Assembly (NCBI GenBank): GCA_049840735.1
Contig: JASGJN010000022.1
Coordinates: 320,001-384,000 of the forward strand
Direction: 5' to 3'
Source: Anaeromyxobacter sp.
GTDB taxonomy: Bacteria > Myxococcota > Myxococcia > Myxococcales > Anaeromyxobacteraceae
Length of the DNA: 64,000 nt
The translations under genes and the position numbers were made by a program. The notes beneath the pieces are model-generated. The model did not search any database and was not told the DNA's origin. It saw only the letters and a list, made by a program, of their open reading frames with translations. Shown here one piece after another: positions 1 to 12,017 of this stretch (position 1 is the first letter of the stretch; each line of letters starts with the position of its first letter).

Positions 1-2
1 CG

Positions 3-173
3 CGCGAGGTGGACGCCTTCCGGGCGGCGCACCCGGAGCGTCAGGTGCGCCTGGCCGGACACCTGGGCCTCGACGAGCGGCTCCTGGCCTTGCTCGACGA
101 GCGGCTGGCGTGGGTCACCGACGGCACGGGCGCCTCGCCCTGCGGCGCCTGCCCCAGGACGGCGGCGGCCTGA
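3..173 (+). CDS. cbiX: Sirohydrochlorin cobaltochelatase CbiX, C-terminal fragment (runs off window start)
   Basis: Frame 3 reads REVDAFRAAHPERQVRLAGHLGLDERLLALLDERL...CGAC...stop. This resembles the CbiX C-terminus with its CxxC tail and sits at the head of the cob operon. Confidence 0.6.
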   Translation, partial: REVDAFRAAHPERQVRLAGHLGLDERLLALLDERLAWVTDGTGASPCGACPRTAAA

Positions 174-235
174 CCGGCGCGGCGGACAGCTGCGTCCGCC
201 GCCCGCGTTCCATTCGAGCCAAGGCGAGGAGCCCC

Positions 236-1033
236 GTGAAGAAGATCTGCCTCGTCGGGATCGGCACCGGCCATCCCGATCACCTGACCATCCAGGCCGT
301 CCGCGCGCTGGCGCAGGCGAAGGCCTTCTACATCCTGGAGAAGGAGACCGAGCGCAACCAGGACCTGGTGAAGGCCCGGCTCGAGCTGCTGGAGCGCCAC
401 GCGCCCGGGAAGGATCACCGGGTGCGGCTGGTGCGGATCCCGGCGCGGAGGCGGGGCGGCCGGGCGCTGGCCGACTACCAGGAGCGGGTCTCCGCCTGGA
501 GGCGGCGGAAGGCCGAGCTGCTCGCGGCCGCGATCCGGGAGGACCTCGGCGAGGGCGAGACCGGGGCCATCCTGGCCTGGGGCGATCCGGCCCTGTACGA
601 CGGCCACATCGAGATCCTGGAGGAGATCCGGCGCGAGGGGTGGGTGGACTTCGAGCTGGAGGTCATCCCCGGCATCACCAGCATGCAGGTGCTGGCCGCG
701 CGCCACCGGATCCCGCTGAACCTGGCCGGCGAGAGCGTGCTGGTCACCACCGGCCGGCGCCTGCGCGAACTCGATCCGGCTGGGGTCGAGACCGCGGTGG
801 TGCTCCTCGACAACGCCCAGTCCTACCGCCGCCTGGGCGAGGCGGAGCTCGACATCTACTGGGGCGCCTACCTCGGGACGGAGGACGAGATCCTCGTCTC
901 CGGCGAGGCGAGGGCGGTGGTCGACCAGATCGTGCAGGCGCGGCAGGAGGCCCGCAAGCGCAAGGGCTGGGTGATGGAGACGTACCTGCTGCGGGCCCGA
1001 AACGCCCCGCGCAGCCAGGAGGACGCGCCGTGA
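236..1033 (+). CDS. cobF: Precorrin-6A synthase (deacetylating)
   Basis: GTG after GAGGAG. LVGIGTGHPDHLTIQAVRAL, LAWGDPALYD, VIPGITSMQVLAARHRIPLN, IYWGAYLGT and RKGWVMETYLLR are CobF-type motifs. Confidence 0.85.
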   Translation: MKKICLVGIGTGHPDHLTIQAVRALAQAKAFYILEKETERNQDLVKARLELLERHAPGKDHRVRLVRIPARRRGGRALADYQERVSAWRRRKAELLAAAIREDLGEGETGAILAWGDPALYDGHIEILEEIRREGWVDFELEVIPGITSMQVLAARHRIPLNLAGESVLVTTGRRLRELDPAGVETAVVLLDNAQSYRRLGEAELDIYWGAYLGTEDEILVSGEARAVVDQIVQARQEARKRKGWVMETYLLRARNAPRSQEDAP

Positions 1034-1651
1034 GCGGGCGCTTGGTGGCGGCGGGGAGGCGGATTCGAGGAGGAGAGCTTCGCGATCATCGATCGCGAGG
1101 CGGGCCGCCACGCGTTCGGCCAGCGCGAGTGGGCGGTGGTGCGCCGGGTGGTCCACGCCACCGCCGACTTCGAGTTCGTGCGGACGCTGGAGCTCCACCC
1201 GGCGGCGGTGGCGGCAGGGGTCGCGGCCCTGGCGGCGGGCGCGTCGGTGGTGGCGGACGTGCGCATGATCGCCGCCGGCCTGCCCCGGCTCGAGGTCCGC
1301 TGCTTCATCGGCGACGCCGACGTGGTCGAGGCGGCGCGGGCCGCCGGCACCACCCGAGCCGCCCAGGCCATGCGCAAGGCGGCGCGCCTGGGGCTGCTCC
1401 AGGGCGCGGTGATCGCGGTGGGAAACGCGCCCACCGCGCTGTCCGAGCTCCAGCGCCTGTGCCTGGAGCAGGGGGTCCGGCCGGCGCTGGTGGTGGCCGT
1501 GCCGGTCGGCTTCGTGGGCGCGGCCGAGTCGAAGGAGGCCGCGCGGGCGCTGCCGGTGCCCTGGGTCGTCTCCCGGGGGCGAAAGGGCGGCACGCCGGTC
1601 GCCGTGGCCATCCTGAACGCGCTGGCCCTCCTGGGCGAGGAGGCGTCATGA
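1030..1651 (+). CDS. cbiC: Precorrin-8X methylmutase (one-base frameshift at ~1064, probably a sequencing error)
   Basis: IEEESFAIIDRE, RRVVHATADF, VGNAPTAL, PVGFVGAAESK, GRKGGTPVAVAILNAL. Removing one T from GATTC (1062-1066) joins the frames. Confidence 0.9.
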
Positions 1652-2892
1652 GCCGGCTGGTCGCGCTGATCGGCGTCGGCGCCGACGGCCGCGCAGGGCT
1701 GACCGCACGGGCCGAGGCGGCCCTCGCGGCGGCCGAGGTGCTGGCCGGCGGCGAGCGCCACCTCGCGCTCTTCCCCGACTTCCGGGGCGAGCGGCTGGTG
1801 ATGGGCAAGGACCTGGCCGCGGCGGTGGAGCGGCTCGCGGCGCTGGCCGCGGAGCGCGCCGTGTGCGTGCTCGCCTCGGGCGACCCGCTCTTCTTCGGCG
1901 TGGGCGCGCGCATCCTGGCGCGCCTGGGGGCGGACCGGGTCGAGGTCCTGCCCCAGCCCAGCTCGATGCAGTGGGCCTTCGCCAGGGCCGGGATGTCCTG
2001 GGAGGACGCGGCGCTGCTCTCGGTGCACGGGCGGGCGCTCTCCGGCGTGGCCGCGCGGCTGCGGCGCGCCCGAAAGGCCGCCGTCCTCACCGGGGGTCCG
2101 GAGGGCCCCGCGGCGCTGGCGCACCACCTGGTCGTACACGGCGAGCGCGGGCTGGCGGCCTGGCTGTGCGAGGACCTGGGCGGCCCGGCCGAGCGCGTGC
2201 GCCGCTTCGCGGATCTCGAGGCGCTGGCCGCCGCCGGTGAGGCCGCGCCGCTCAACCTGGTGCTGCTCGCGCGGCAGGACCCGGCCTGGCGGCCGCCGCC
2301 GGCGCTCCTCCACCTGCCCGAGGAGGCGCTGGAGATGCGCCGCCCGCGCGCCGGCCTGGTGACGAAGCGCGAGGTGCGGGCGCTGGTCCTGGCTGCGCTC
2401 CGGCTCCGGCCCGACGCGGTGGTGTGGGACGTGGGCGCGGGCTCGGGTTCGGTGGCCCTCGAGGCGGCGGCCCTGGCGCCGGAGGGGCGGGTCTACGCGG
2501 TGGAGCGCAACGCCGAGTCGGCCGCCCACTGCCGCGCCAACGCGCGCGCCCACGGGATGGACCAGCTCACGGTGGTCGAGGGCGCGGCCCCGGAGGCGCT
2601 CGCGCGGCTGGAGGCGCCGGACGCGGTCTTCGTCGGCGGGAGCGGCGGCGCGCTGGAGGCCATCGTGGCGGCGGCGCTGGCGCGGCTCCGCCCCGGCGGG
2701 CGGCTGGTGGTGGCGGCGGTGACGCTCGAGACCCTGGAGGGCGCGCGCCGTGCGCTGGCGGCGGGCGGCGCGGTCCCGGAGCTCATCCTGGTGTCCGCAG
2801 CGCGCGGCGTCCCGGTGGGCGAGCGGTTGCGGCTCGACCCGCTGACGCCGGTCTTCCTGCTCGCGGCCACGCGCCCGGGGGACCGCCCGTGA
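1648..2892 (+). CDS. cbiET: Bifunctional precorrin-6Y C5,15-methyltransferase (decarboxylating), CbiE-CbiT fusion
   Basis: ATGA overlap. VLASGDPLFFGVG, LSVHGR, TKREVR, VWDVGAGSGSV, PDAVFVGGSGG. Confidence 0.9.
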   Translation: MSRLVALIGVGADGRAGLTARAEAALAAAEVLAGGERHLALFPDFRGERLVMGKDLAAAVERLAALAAERAVCVLASGDPLFFGVGARILARLGADRVEVLPQPSSMQWAFARAGMSWEDAALLSVHGRALSGVAARLRRARKAAVLTGGPEGPAALAHHLVVHGERGLAAWLCEDLGGPAERVRRFADLEALAAAGEAAPLNLVLLARQDPAWRPPPALLHLPEEALEMRRPRAGLVTKREVRALVLAALRLRPDAVVWDVGAGSGSVALEAAALAPEGRVYAVERNAESAAHCRANARAHGMDQLTVVEGAAPEALARLEAPDAVFVGGSGGALEAIVAAALARLRPGGRLVVAAVTLETLEGARRALAAGGAVPELILVSAARGVPVGERLRLDPLTPVFLLAATRPGDRP

Positions 2893-3611
2893 GCGCCACC
2901 CTCCTCGGCGTCGGGGTCGGCCCCGGCGCGCCGGACCTCCTCACGCTCCGCGCGGTGGCGGCGCTGCGCGGCGCGCCGGTCCTGGCCGCGCCGCGGACCT
3001 CGGACGAGGCCGAGCCGCTGGCCTGGCGGATCGCGCGGGAGGCGGCGGGCGAGGTGCCCGGCCAGGAGCGGCTGCTCCTCACCTTCCCCATGACCCGCGC
3101 CCCGTCCGTGCGCGCGGCGGCCCGGGAGGCGGCGGTGGCCGCGGTGGCGGCGCGCCTGGCCGCGGGCCGCTCGGTGGCCTTCGTGACCGAGGGTGATCCG
3201 CTGCTCTACAGCACCTTCCTCGATCTGCTCGAGGCGGCGCCGCGGGCCGGCGCGCGCGTCGAGGTGGTGCCCGGGATCTCGTCGGTGACCGCCGTGGCGG
3301 CCGCCGCCTGCGTTCCGCTGGCCGACGGCGAGGACGCGGTGGCGGTGCTGCCGGCGGCCCGCGCGCTGCGCGACCTGCCCGGCCTGGTGCGCGCGTTCGA
3401 GACCCTGCTGCTGCTCAAGGCCGGGCGGCACCTGCCGGCGCTCGCCGCCGGGCTGGGGGAGCTGGGGCTGGCGGGGCAGGCCTGGGCGGTCACCAACGCC
3501 AGCCGTCCCGACCAGCAGGTGACGCCGCTCACCCGGCTGGAGGCGACCGCCCCGCAGGCCGGCTACTTCACGACCGTCCTGGTGCGGACGGCGCCGGAGC
3601 TGCGTCCATGA
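2889..3611 (+). CDS. cbiL: Precorrin-2 C20-methyltransferase
   Basis: GVGVGPGAPDLLTLRAV, FPMTR, EGDPLLYSTF, VVPGISS, YFTTVLV. Confidence 0.88.
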   Translation: MSATLLGVGVGPGAPDLLTLRAVAALRGAPVLAAPRTSDEAEPLAWRIAREAAGEVPGQERLLLTFPMTRAPSVRAAAREAAVAAVAARLAAGRSVAFVTEGDPLLYSTFLDLLEAAPRAGARVEVVPGISSVTAVAAAACVPLADGEDAVAVLPAARALRDLPGLVRAFETLLLLKAGRHLPALAAGLGELGLAGQAWAVTNASRPDQQVTPLTRLEATAPQAGYFTTVLVRTAPELRP

Positions 3612-4700
3612 GGCGCCGGCTCGCCATCCACGCCGCCACGGCCGGCGGCGCGCGCCTCGGTCGGCGGATTGCCGCGGGCCTCGGCGGCGAGCTGTTCGCG
3701 GCCGAGCGCTTCGCCGCGGAGGTGGGGGGCGCGCCCGTTCGCCCTGCCGATGCGCGACGCGGTGGCAGGGGCCTTTCGCGCCCACGACGCCCACGTCTTC
3801 GTGCTGGCGGTCGGGGCCACGGTGCGGCTGGTGGCCCCGCTCCTGACCCGCAAGCAGGCCGATCCGGCGGTGGTGTGCGTGGACGAGGCCGGCCGGTTCG
3901 CGGTGGCGCTGCTCGGGGGTCACCGCGGCGGGGCCAATGCGCTGGCCGGCGAGGTGGCGGCGGCCATCGGCGCCACCCCCGTGGTCACAACCGCCTCCGA
4001 CGTGCTGGGAACGCTGGCGGTGGATTTGCTGGGGCGCGAGCTGGGCTTCGTGCTGGAGGATCCGGGCGGAGTGGCCACGCGCGCCGCGGCGGCGGTGGTG
4101 AACGGCGAGCCGGTCGCGCTGGTACAGGAGGCCGGCTCGCGCGCCTGGTGGCCCGCCGGCGAGCCGCTGCCGCCGAACCTCACCCCGCTCTCCTCGGCCG
4201 ACGCGCTCGACCCCGACCGGTTCGCCGCTGCGCTGATCATCAGCGACCGGCTCCTGGCCGGCCCGCTGCGCGTCCGCGCGCTGCTCTACCGGCCGCCGAC
4301 CCTGGCGGCCGGGGTGGGCTGCGACCGCGGCGCGCCGGCCGCTGCCATCCTGGGGGCGCTCGAGGCCGTGCTGGCCGGGCGCGGACTGGCCCGGGCCTCC
4401 GTCGCGTGGCTGGCCTCCGTGGACGTGAAGCGGGACGAGGCGGGCCTCATCGAGGCCGCCGCGGCGCTGGCGCGGCCGCTGCGCCTCTACCCGGCCGGCG
4501 AGCTCGACGCCGTCCCCGGCCTCGAGCGCCCATCGGAGGTGGTGCGCCGCTGCGTGGGGACGCGCGGCGTGTGCGAGCCGGCCGCGCTGCTCAGCGCCGG
4601 CGCCGACCGCCTCCTCGTCCCCAAGCAGCTCCACCGCGATCCCGACTCCGGCAAGGCCGTGACCATCGCGATCGCCCGCATCCCGCAGGAGCAGGCATGA
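3608..4700 (+). CDS. cbiG: Cobalt-precorrin-5A hydrolase (extra G in a G-run at ~3724)
   Basis: GATVRLVAP, DPAVVCVDEAG, LLGGHRGGANALA, PVVTTASD, GVGCDRG, KRDEAGL, GVCEPAAL. Confidence 0.88.
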
Positions 4701-5488
4701 GCCGGGGTTCCTTGAAGGTGGTCGGCCTGGGGCCGGGCGCCCACGATCAGCTGACGCCGGCCGCCAGGGCCGCGCTGGAGGAGGCCGAGGTGGTCCTCGG
4801 CTACCGTCCCTACCTCGAGCTGGCCGGACCGCTGCTGGCCGGCAAGGCGCGGGTGGACGGGCGCATGCGCGGCGAGACCGATCGGGCGCGGGACGCCATC
4901 GACCGCGCGCGCCAGGGGCGACGCGTGGCGCTGGTCTCCTCCGGCGACGCCGGCGTGTACGGGATGGCGGGCCTGGTGCTCGAAATCCTGCGCGACCAGG
5001 GCTGGCGGCGCGGCGACGGCTTCGACCTGGCCGTCCTCCCCGGCGTCACCGCGCTCGGCTCGTGCGCGGCGCTGGCCGGCGCGCCGCTGGGCCACGACTT
5101 CTGCGCCATCTCGCTCTCCGACCTGCTCACGCCCTGGGAGGTGATCGCGCGGCGCCTGGAGGCGGCCGCGGCGGCGGACTTCGTGGTGGGCCTGTACAAC
5201 CCCGCCAGCACCCGGCGGCGCCGTCCGCTGGCCGAGGCCCACGCCATCCTCTCGCGCCACCGTCCGGCCACCACGCCTGTGGCGGTGGTGACCGACGCCT
5301 ACCGCGAAGGCCAGCGGGTGGTGCTGAGCGACCTGGGGCGGCTCCTCTCCGAGGAGATCGGCATGACCACCACCGTGGTGGTGGGAGCGACCAGCACCTT
5401 CGCCTTCGAGGGCTACCTGGTCACGCCGCGCGGCTACGGCGACAAGTACGGCGGCGAGCGCGGGCTGGCCGGGGAGGCGCGGCCATGA
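4697..5488 (+). CDS. cbiH: Precorrin-3B C17-methyltransferase
   Basis: VVGLGPG, VSSGDAGVYGMAG, GAPLGHDFCAISLSDLLTPWE, YNPAS, TPRGY. Confidence 0.92.
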   Translation: MSRGSLKVVGLGPGAHDQLTPAARAALEEAEVVLGYRPYLELAGPLLAGKARVDGRMRGETDRARDAIDRARQGRRVALVSSGDAGVYGMAGLVLEILRDQGWRRGDGFDLAVLPGVTALGSCAALAGAPLGHDFCAISLSDLLTPWEVIARRLEAAAAADFVVGLYNPASTRRRRPLAEAHAILSRHRPATTPVAVVTDAYREGQRVVLSDLGRLLSEEIGMTTTVVVGATSTFAFEGYLVTPRGYGDKYGGERGLAGEARP

Positions 5489-6249
5489 AGGTCTGGTTCG
5501 TGGGGGCAGGCCCGGGGGCGCCGGACCTCATCACCGTGCGTGGCGCCGAGCTGGTGGCCCGGTGCCCGGTGGTGCTGTACGCCGGCTCGCTGGTCCCGCG
5601 GGCCGTGGTGGCCCGCGCCCGGCCGGACGCCCTGGTCCTCGACAGCGCGGGCATGACGCTGGACCAGATCGTGGAGGTCTTCGTCGAGGCCCGCCGCCGC
5701 GATCAGGACGTGGCCCGCGTGCACACCGGCGACCCCTCGCTCTTCGGCGCCATCGGCGAGCAGCTGCGCCGGCTCGACGCGCTGGGCATCGAGCACGAGG
5801 TGGTCCCGGGCGTCTCCTCGTTCACCGCCGCGGCCGCCGCGCTGCAGTGCGAGCTCACGCTGCCGGGCGTCTCGCAGGCGGTGATCGTGGCCCGGGCGGC
5901 GGGGCGGACGCCCGTCCCGGCCGGCCAGGAGCTGGCGGCGCTGGCGCAGCACCGGGCCACGCTGGCGCTGTTCCTGTCGGCAGGGCTGCTGGAGGAGGCG
6001 GTGGCGGCGCTGGCGCCGGCCTACGGCGCCGGCTGCCCGGCCGCCATCGTCCACCGCGCCAGCTGGCCCGACCAGCGCGTGCTGCGAGGCCGGCTGGAGG
6101 AGCTCCCGGCGCTGGCGCGCGCGCACGGGATCGGCGCCACCGCGATGGTGCTGGTGGGCCAGGCGCTGGGGGCCGGCGAGTTCCCCGACTCGCGGCTGTA
6201 CGCGGCGGAGTTCGCCCACGGGTTCCGCACGCCGGAGGTCGAGCCATGA
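5485..6249 (+). CDS. cbiF: Precorrin-4 C11-methyltransferase
   Basis: MKVWFVGAGPGAPDLITVRG, YAGSLV, RVHTGDPSLFGAIGEQ, RASWPDQ, SRLYAAEFAHGFR. Confidence 0.93.
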   Translation: MKVWFVGAGPGAPDLITVRGAELVARCPVVLYAGSLVPRAVVARARPDALVLDSAGMTLDQIVEVFVEARRRDQDVARVHTGDPSLFGAIGEQLRRLDALGIEHEVVPGVSSFTAAAAALQCELTLPGVSQAVIVARAAGRTPVPAGQELAALAQHRATLALFLSAGLLEEAVAALAPAYGAGCPAAIVHRASWPDQRVLRGRLEELPALARAHGIGATAMVLVGQALGAGEFPDSRLYAAEFAHGFRTPEVEP

Positions 6250-7564
6250 CGCCGCTGCGCATCGCCGTCACCGGCTCGGCCGGCACCGGCAAGACCACGC
6301 TGGCGCGGATGCTGGCGGAGCGGCTGGGGCTGCCGCTGGTGGCCGAGGAGACCCGCGCCTGGCTGGAGGGCGGCGGCCCGTGCCTGTCTTCGCTGCCGCC
6401 GGCCCGGGCGCGCGAGGTCCTCTCCGAGCTGTGGCGGCGCCGGCAGGCCGCGGAGCGGGCCCACCCTCGCGGCTTCGTGGCCGACAACTGCAGCCTCGAC
6501 TTCGCCGCCTACGCCCTGCACCACGGCTGCGCCGCCGAGGGGGACGCGGGCTCCGCCGCGCTGCTGGCGGAGGCCTCGGCGCACCTCGCGAGCTACGACG
6601 CCGTCCTGGTCCTGCCGTGGGGAGCCATCCCCTACGCGCTCGACGGCGTGCGCTCGCCCGAGCCGGCGCTGGAGCTCAGGTACCAGCTGGTGCTGGAGGG
6701 GCTGCTCCGGCGCGACGGCAATCCCGAGCGCGTACACGCGGCGGCGGCCGGGCCGGCCTCGCCCGCGGCGCGGCTGGCCTGGGCGCTGGAGGTGGCCGGC
6801 CGCGCGCGCCCCGGGAGCGGCTGGGTGGCGCTGGTGGGCGCGGGTCCAGGCGATCCCGGCCTCCTCACCGTCCGCGCCCGCGCGCTGCTCGCCTGCTGCG
6901 ACGTCGTCGCCTACGACGAGCTGGTCCCCCCGGCGCTGCTGGCGCTGGTGCGCCCCGGCGCCGAGCGCCTGGCCGTGGGCCGCCGCTGCCACGGCCGGCG
7001 GGCGCCCATGCGGCTCCATCCGGACGTGCTGGAGCGGGCCCTGGCCGGGAAGCGCGTGGTGCGCCTCAAGGCCGGCGATCCCTTCGTGTTCGGCCGCGGC
7101 GGCGAGGAGGCGGAGGACCTGGCGCGGGCCGGCGTGGCCTTCGAGGTGGTGCCGGGGATCTCCGCCGCGCTGGGGGCCGCGGCCGCGGCCTGGATCCCGC
7201 TCACCCACCGGGAGCTGAGCTCGGACGTCACCTTCGCCACCGGCCATGACCTGACCCACGCCGCCCTGCCGGCCCGGAGCGCCTGGGCGGCGCTGGCGCC
7301 GGGCGGGACCCTGGTCCTCTACATGGCCTCGCGCTCGCTGGCGCGGAACCTCTCCCGGCTGGTGGCGCATGGGCGATCGCCGACCACGCCTGCAGCCTGG
7401 ATCGCCGCGGCCACCCGGCCTGAGCAGCAGGTGGTGGTGGGCACGGTGGGCGACCTCGCCTCCCGGGTCGGCGAGCAGGGGGACGCCCCGGCCCTGGTGA
7501 TCGTCGGGGAGGTGGTGCGGGTGCGTGAGCGGCTGCAGGCCCTGGTGCAGGCCGGGAGGGCCGC

Positions 7565-7568
<4 letters not shown>
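6246..7568 (+). CDS. cobA: Fusion of an N-terminal NadR/Ttd14-like P-loop (AAA_28) domain and uroporphyrinogen-III C-methyltransferase
   Basis: N-terminus [15 protein letters not shown]...YDAVLVLP...DGVR. C-terminus [50 protein letters not shown]. One continuous frame. Confidence 0.85.
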
Positions 7569-8103
<535 letters not shown>

Positions 8104-8104
<1 letters not shown>

Positions 8105-9463
8105 TGCGCGCCGCAATCCCTGCGCTGGTGCTGGGCGCGGCCTCGAGCGGGAGCGGCAAGACCACCCTGGCGGTGGCGCTCTGCGCCGCGCTGCGGGCGC
8201 GCGGGCTGCGCGTCGCCCCCTTCAAGTGCGGGCCGGACTACCTCGACCCCGGCCATCACGCCCGCGCAGCCGGCGCGGCCAGCCACAACCTCGACGGCTG
8301 GATGATGGGCGAGGAGGCGGTAAGGGCCACCTTCGCCCGCGCCGCGGCCGGCGCCGACGTGGCGGTGGTCGAGGGCGTGATGGGGCTCTTCGACGGCGCC
8401 GGTCCGGCCACCGACGCAGGGTCCACCGCCGAGATCGCCCGCTGGCTGGGGGCCCCGGTGGTCGCGGTCCTGGACGCGTCGGGCATGGCGCGGACCGCGG
8501 CGGCGGTGGCGCAAGGCCTGGCCGGCTTCGATCCGCGGGATCCGGGTGGGCGCGCTGGTCTGCAACCGCGTGGGGAGCCGCGGCCACCTCGAGCTCTTGC
8601 GCGAGGCGGTGACCGGACCGCCGGTGATGGGCGGCCTCCCGGCCCGCGACGAGCTGGCCTTCCCGGAGCGTCACCTGGGGCTGGTCACCGCCGCCGAGGC
8701 GCTGCCGGACGAGCGGATCCGCGCCTGGGGCGCGCTGGCCGAGGAGTGGCTGGACCTGGACGCGCTCCTGGCGCTGGCCAGCACGGCCGCGCCGGTCGAG
8801 GCCCCCGGGGCGCCTGCCTCCGTCATGGGGCGCCGGTGCCGGATCGGCGTGGCCCAGGACGAGGCCTTCCACTTCTACTACGCCGACAACCTGGCCCGGC
8901 TGGAGGCGCTCGGCGCGGAGCTGGTGCCGTTCTCGCCGGTGCGCGACGCCTGGCTCCCCGAGGTGGACGGGCTGCTCCTGGGCGGCGGCTATCCGGAGGA
9001 GCACGCTGGCGCGCTGGAAGCGAACAGGTCCATGCGCGAGGCGATCCGCGGCTTCGCGGCGGCGGGGCGGCCCATCTACGCCGAGTGCGGCGGCCTCATG
9101 TACCTGGCCACCGCGCTCCGCGGCCGCGACGGGCGCGAGCACCAGATGGTGGGGCTGGTGCCCGGCGTGGCGGTGGTGCGCGACCGGCTCCAGGCGCTGG
9201 GCTACGCCGAGGTGACCACGCGGGCCCCCTCGCTGCTCGGCCCGGCCGGCCTGGTCTTCCGCGGCCACCAGTTCCGCTACTCCGAGCTGGAGGTCGATCC
9301 CGCCGTCGAACGCGTCTACCAGCTCGCGCGACGGCGGGGTGCGCCGCTGCTGGAGGGGTACCGGGTGGGCTCGGTGCTCGCCTCGTACGTGCACGCCCAC
9401 TGGGCCTCCTGCCCCGAGGTGGCCCGGGCGCTGGTCGAGGCCTGCGCGAGGAGATCGCCGTGA
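8104..9463 (+). CDS. cobB: Cobyrinate a,c-diamide synthase (frameshift at ~8538)
   Basis: [65 protein letters not shown]. Confidence 0.92.
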
Positions 9464-10017
9464 ACGAGGTGATCCTGGTGGGCGGCGGCGTGCGGTCGGG
9501 CAAGAGCGCCTTCGCGCTCGGGCTGGCGCGGCGCCTGGGCGCCCGGCGCGCCTTCGTGGCCACCGCCCAGGCGTTCGACCGCGAGATGGAGGAGCGGATC
9601 GCCGCCCACCGCGCCGAGCGCGCCTGCGGGTTCACCACCATCGAGGAGCCGCTGGACCTGCCACGCGCGTTCGCCGCCGCCGCCGAGGGGGGCGCCGAGG
9701 TGGTGGTGGTGGACTGCCTCACGCTCTGGCTCTCCAACCTGGTGCTGCGCGGCGACTCGGCCGCGCAGGCCGCCGCAGAGGTGGAGCGCCTGGCGCAGGA
9801 GCTGGCCCGGCGCCGCCTCCACGCCGTCGTCGTCACCAACGAAGTCGGCATGGGAGTGGTGCCCGAGCACGCCCTGGGCCGCCTCTTCCGCGACGTCGCC
9901 GGCCGGGCGCACCAGCGCCTGGCCCGCGACGCCGATCGCATCTACCTCGCCGCGCTGGGGTGCGTCCTGCGCCTCCGCCCCAACCCCGTCACACTCGCCA
10001 ACCCTGAGGAACCATGA
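9460..10017 (+). CDS. cobU: Adenosylcobinamide kinase / adenosylcobinamide-phosphate guanylyltransferase
   Basis: [53 protein letters not shown]. Confidence 0.93.
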   Translation: MNEVILVGGGVRSGKSAFALGLARRLGARRAFVATAQAFDREMEERIAAHRAERACGFTTIEEPLDLPRAFAAAAEGGAEVVVVDCLTLWLSNLVLRGDSAAQAAAEVERLAQELARRRLHAVVVTNEVGMGVVPEHALGRLFRDVAGRAHQRLARDADRIYLAALGCVLRLRPNPVTLANPEEP

Positions 10018-11073
10018 CCCTGCTCGATCAGACCCTCGCCGCCCTCCCCGAGCCCGATGCGTCCGCCGCCGCCGAGGCCCAGCGGCGCCTCGATCTCAAG
10101 ACCAAGCCGCGCGGCAGCCTCGGGCGCCTGGAGGCGCTGGCGTGCCGCCTGGCCGCCGTGCAGGGCACGCCCGCGCCGCACGCCGAGCGGAAGGCGGTGG
10201 TGGTGATGGCCGCCGACCACGGGGTGGCCGAGGAGGGCGTCTCCGCCTTTCCGCAGGAGGTCACCGCCCAGATGGTGGCCAACTTCGCCCGCGGCGGCGC
10301 CGGCATCAACGTGCTGGCCCGGCAGGCCGGCGCGCGCGTGGTGGTGGTGGACATCGGCGTGAAGGCGCCCATCGCGGGTCTGCCTGGCGTGCTCGACCGC
10401 CGCGTCGCGCCCGGCACGCGGAACCTGGCGCGCGGCCCGGCCATGACGCGGGCGGAGGCGGTGCGCGCGCTGGAGGCCGGGATCGAGGTGGCGGTCGGGC
10501 TCGCCGGGGAGGGGGTGGACGTGATCGCCATCGGTGAGATGGGGATCGCCAACACCACCGCCGCGAGCGCGCTGACCTCGGCCTTCACCGGCGCGGCCGC
10601 GGACGAGGTCACCGGCCGCGGGACCGGGATCGACGCGGCGGCCCACGCGCGCAAGGTGGCGGTGGTGAGCCGGGCGCTGGCGGCGAACCCGGTCGAATCC
10701 GGCCGATCCGCTGGGCACGCTGGCGGCGCTGGGCGGGCTGGAGATCGCCGGCATGGCGGGCGTGGTGCTCGGGGCGGCCGCCCGCCGCGTGCCGGTGGTG
10801 GTGGACGGCTTCATCGCCAGCGCGGCGGCGCTGGCGGCGGTGCGGCTGGCCCCCCGCGCCGCCCATGCGCTCATCGGCGCCCACCGCTCGGTGGAGGCCG
10901 GCCACCGCGCCGTGCTCCAGGCGCTCGACCTGCGGCCGCTGCTCGACCTGGACCTGCGGCTGGGCGAGGGAACGGGCGCGGCCCTGGCGCTCCACCTGGT
11001 GGAGGCGGCGGTCCGGATCCTGGTCGAGATGGCCACCTTCGAGGCCGCCGGCGTGAGCGACGCGGAGCGCTAG
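10014..11073 (+). CDS. cobT: Nicotinate-nucleotide-dimethylbenzimidazole phosphoribosyltransferase (frameshift at ~10696)
   Basis: [57 protein letters not shown]. Confidence 0.93.
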
Positions 11074-11078
11074 CCGCC

Positions 11079-12017
11079 ATGCTCGCCGCCTCGCTCCACG
11101 CCGGCGCGGTCCTGGCCGCCGCCCTCCTGATCGACGCGCTGGCCGGGGAGTTCCCGGCCCGCCTCCACCCGGTCGTGTGGATGGGGCGGGTGATCACGCT
11201 GCTGGAGCGGCGGGCGCCGCGCAAGGGGCGGGCGCTGCCGTTCCTGTACGGCCTGGGCATGGCCCTCGCCGTCCCGGCGCTCTTCGCCGGCGGCGCCGCG
11301 CTCGCGATCCGGGCCGCGCGGGGCCAGCCGCTCCTGGCGGTGCTGGTCGAGGCCCTGCTCCTCAAGTCCGCCTTCGCGGTGCGCGCGCTGGGCGAGGCCG
11401 CGGCGGAGGTGGCGAGCGCGCTGCAGGCGGGCGAGCTCGACCGGGCCCGCGGCGCGCTGCGCGCCCTCTGCAGCCGCGACCCCGCCACCCTGGAGGCCGG
11501 GCAGGTGGCGGCGGCGGCGGTCGAGTCGGTGGCCGAGAACGCCTCGGACAGCGCGGTCGCGCCGCTGCTCTGGTGGGCGCTCCTGGGCGTCCCGGGCGCG
11601 ATCGCCTACCGGGCCCTCAACACGCTCGACGCGCGGATCGGATATCACGGTAGGTACGAGTGGCTGGGGAAGGCCTCCGCCCGGCTGGATGACCTGGCCA
11701 ACCTGGTGCCGGCCCGGGTCACCGCGGCGCTGCTCCTGGGCGCTGGCGCCGTCCGGGGCGGGTGCGTGCGGCGCGGCCTGGCCATCCTGCGCCGCGACGG
11801 GGCCAGGACCGAGAGCCCCAACGCCGGCCGTCCCATGGCGGCCATGGCCGGGCTGCTCGGGGTCGAGCTGGCGAAGGAGGGACACTACCGGCTGGGCGAT
11901 CCGGGCGCGCCGGTGGACGCGGGCACCATCGGCGCGGCCTGGCGACTCTCCGCGACCGCGGCCCTGGGGGCGGCCATCGCGGCCTTCCTGGTGGCGGGGG
12001 CGCTCCATGGCGCGTGA
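11079..12017 (+). CDS. cbiB: Adenosylcobinamide-phosphate synthase
   Basis: [55 protein letters not shown]. Confidence 0.92.
   Translation: MLAASLHAGAVLAAALLIDALAGEFPARLHPVVWMGRVITLLERRAPRKGRALPFLYGLGMALAVPALFAGGAALAIRAARGQPLLAVLVEALLLKSAFAVRALGEAAAEVASALQAGELDRARGALRALCSRDPATLEAGQVAAAAVESVAENASDSAVAPLLWWALLGVPGAIAYRALNTLDARIGYHGRYEWLGKASARLDDLANLVPARVTAALLLGAGAVRGGCVRRGLAILRRDGARTESPNAGRPMAAMAGLLGVELAKEGHYRLGDPGAPVDAGTIGAAWRLSATAALGAAIAAFLVAGALHGA

Noticed and set aside
174..235. Cobalamin riboswitch
   Set aside because: The gap is too short and has no B12-box motif. The operon leader lies outside the window.
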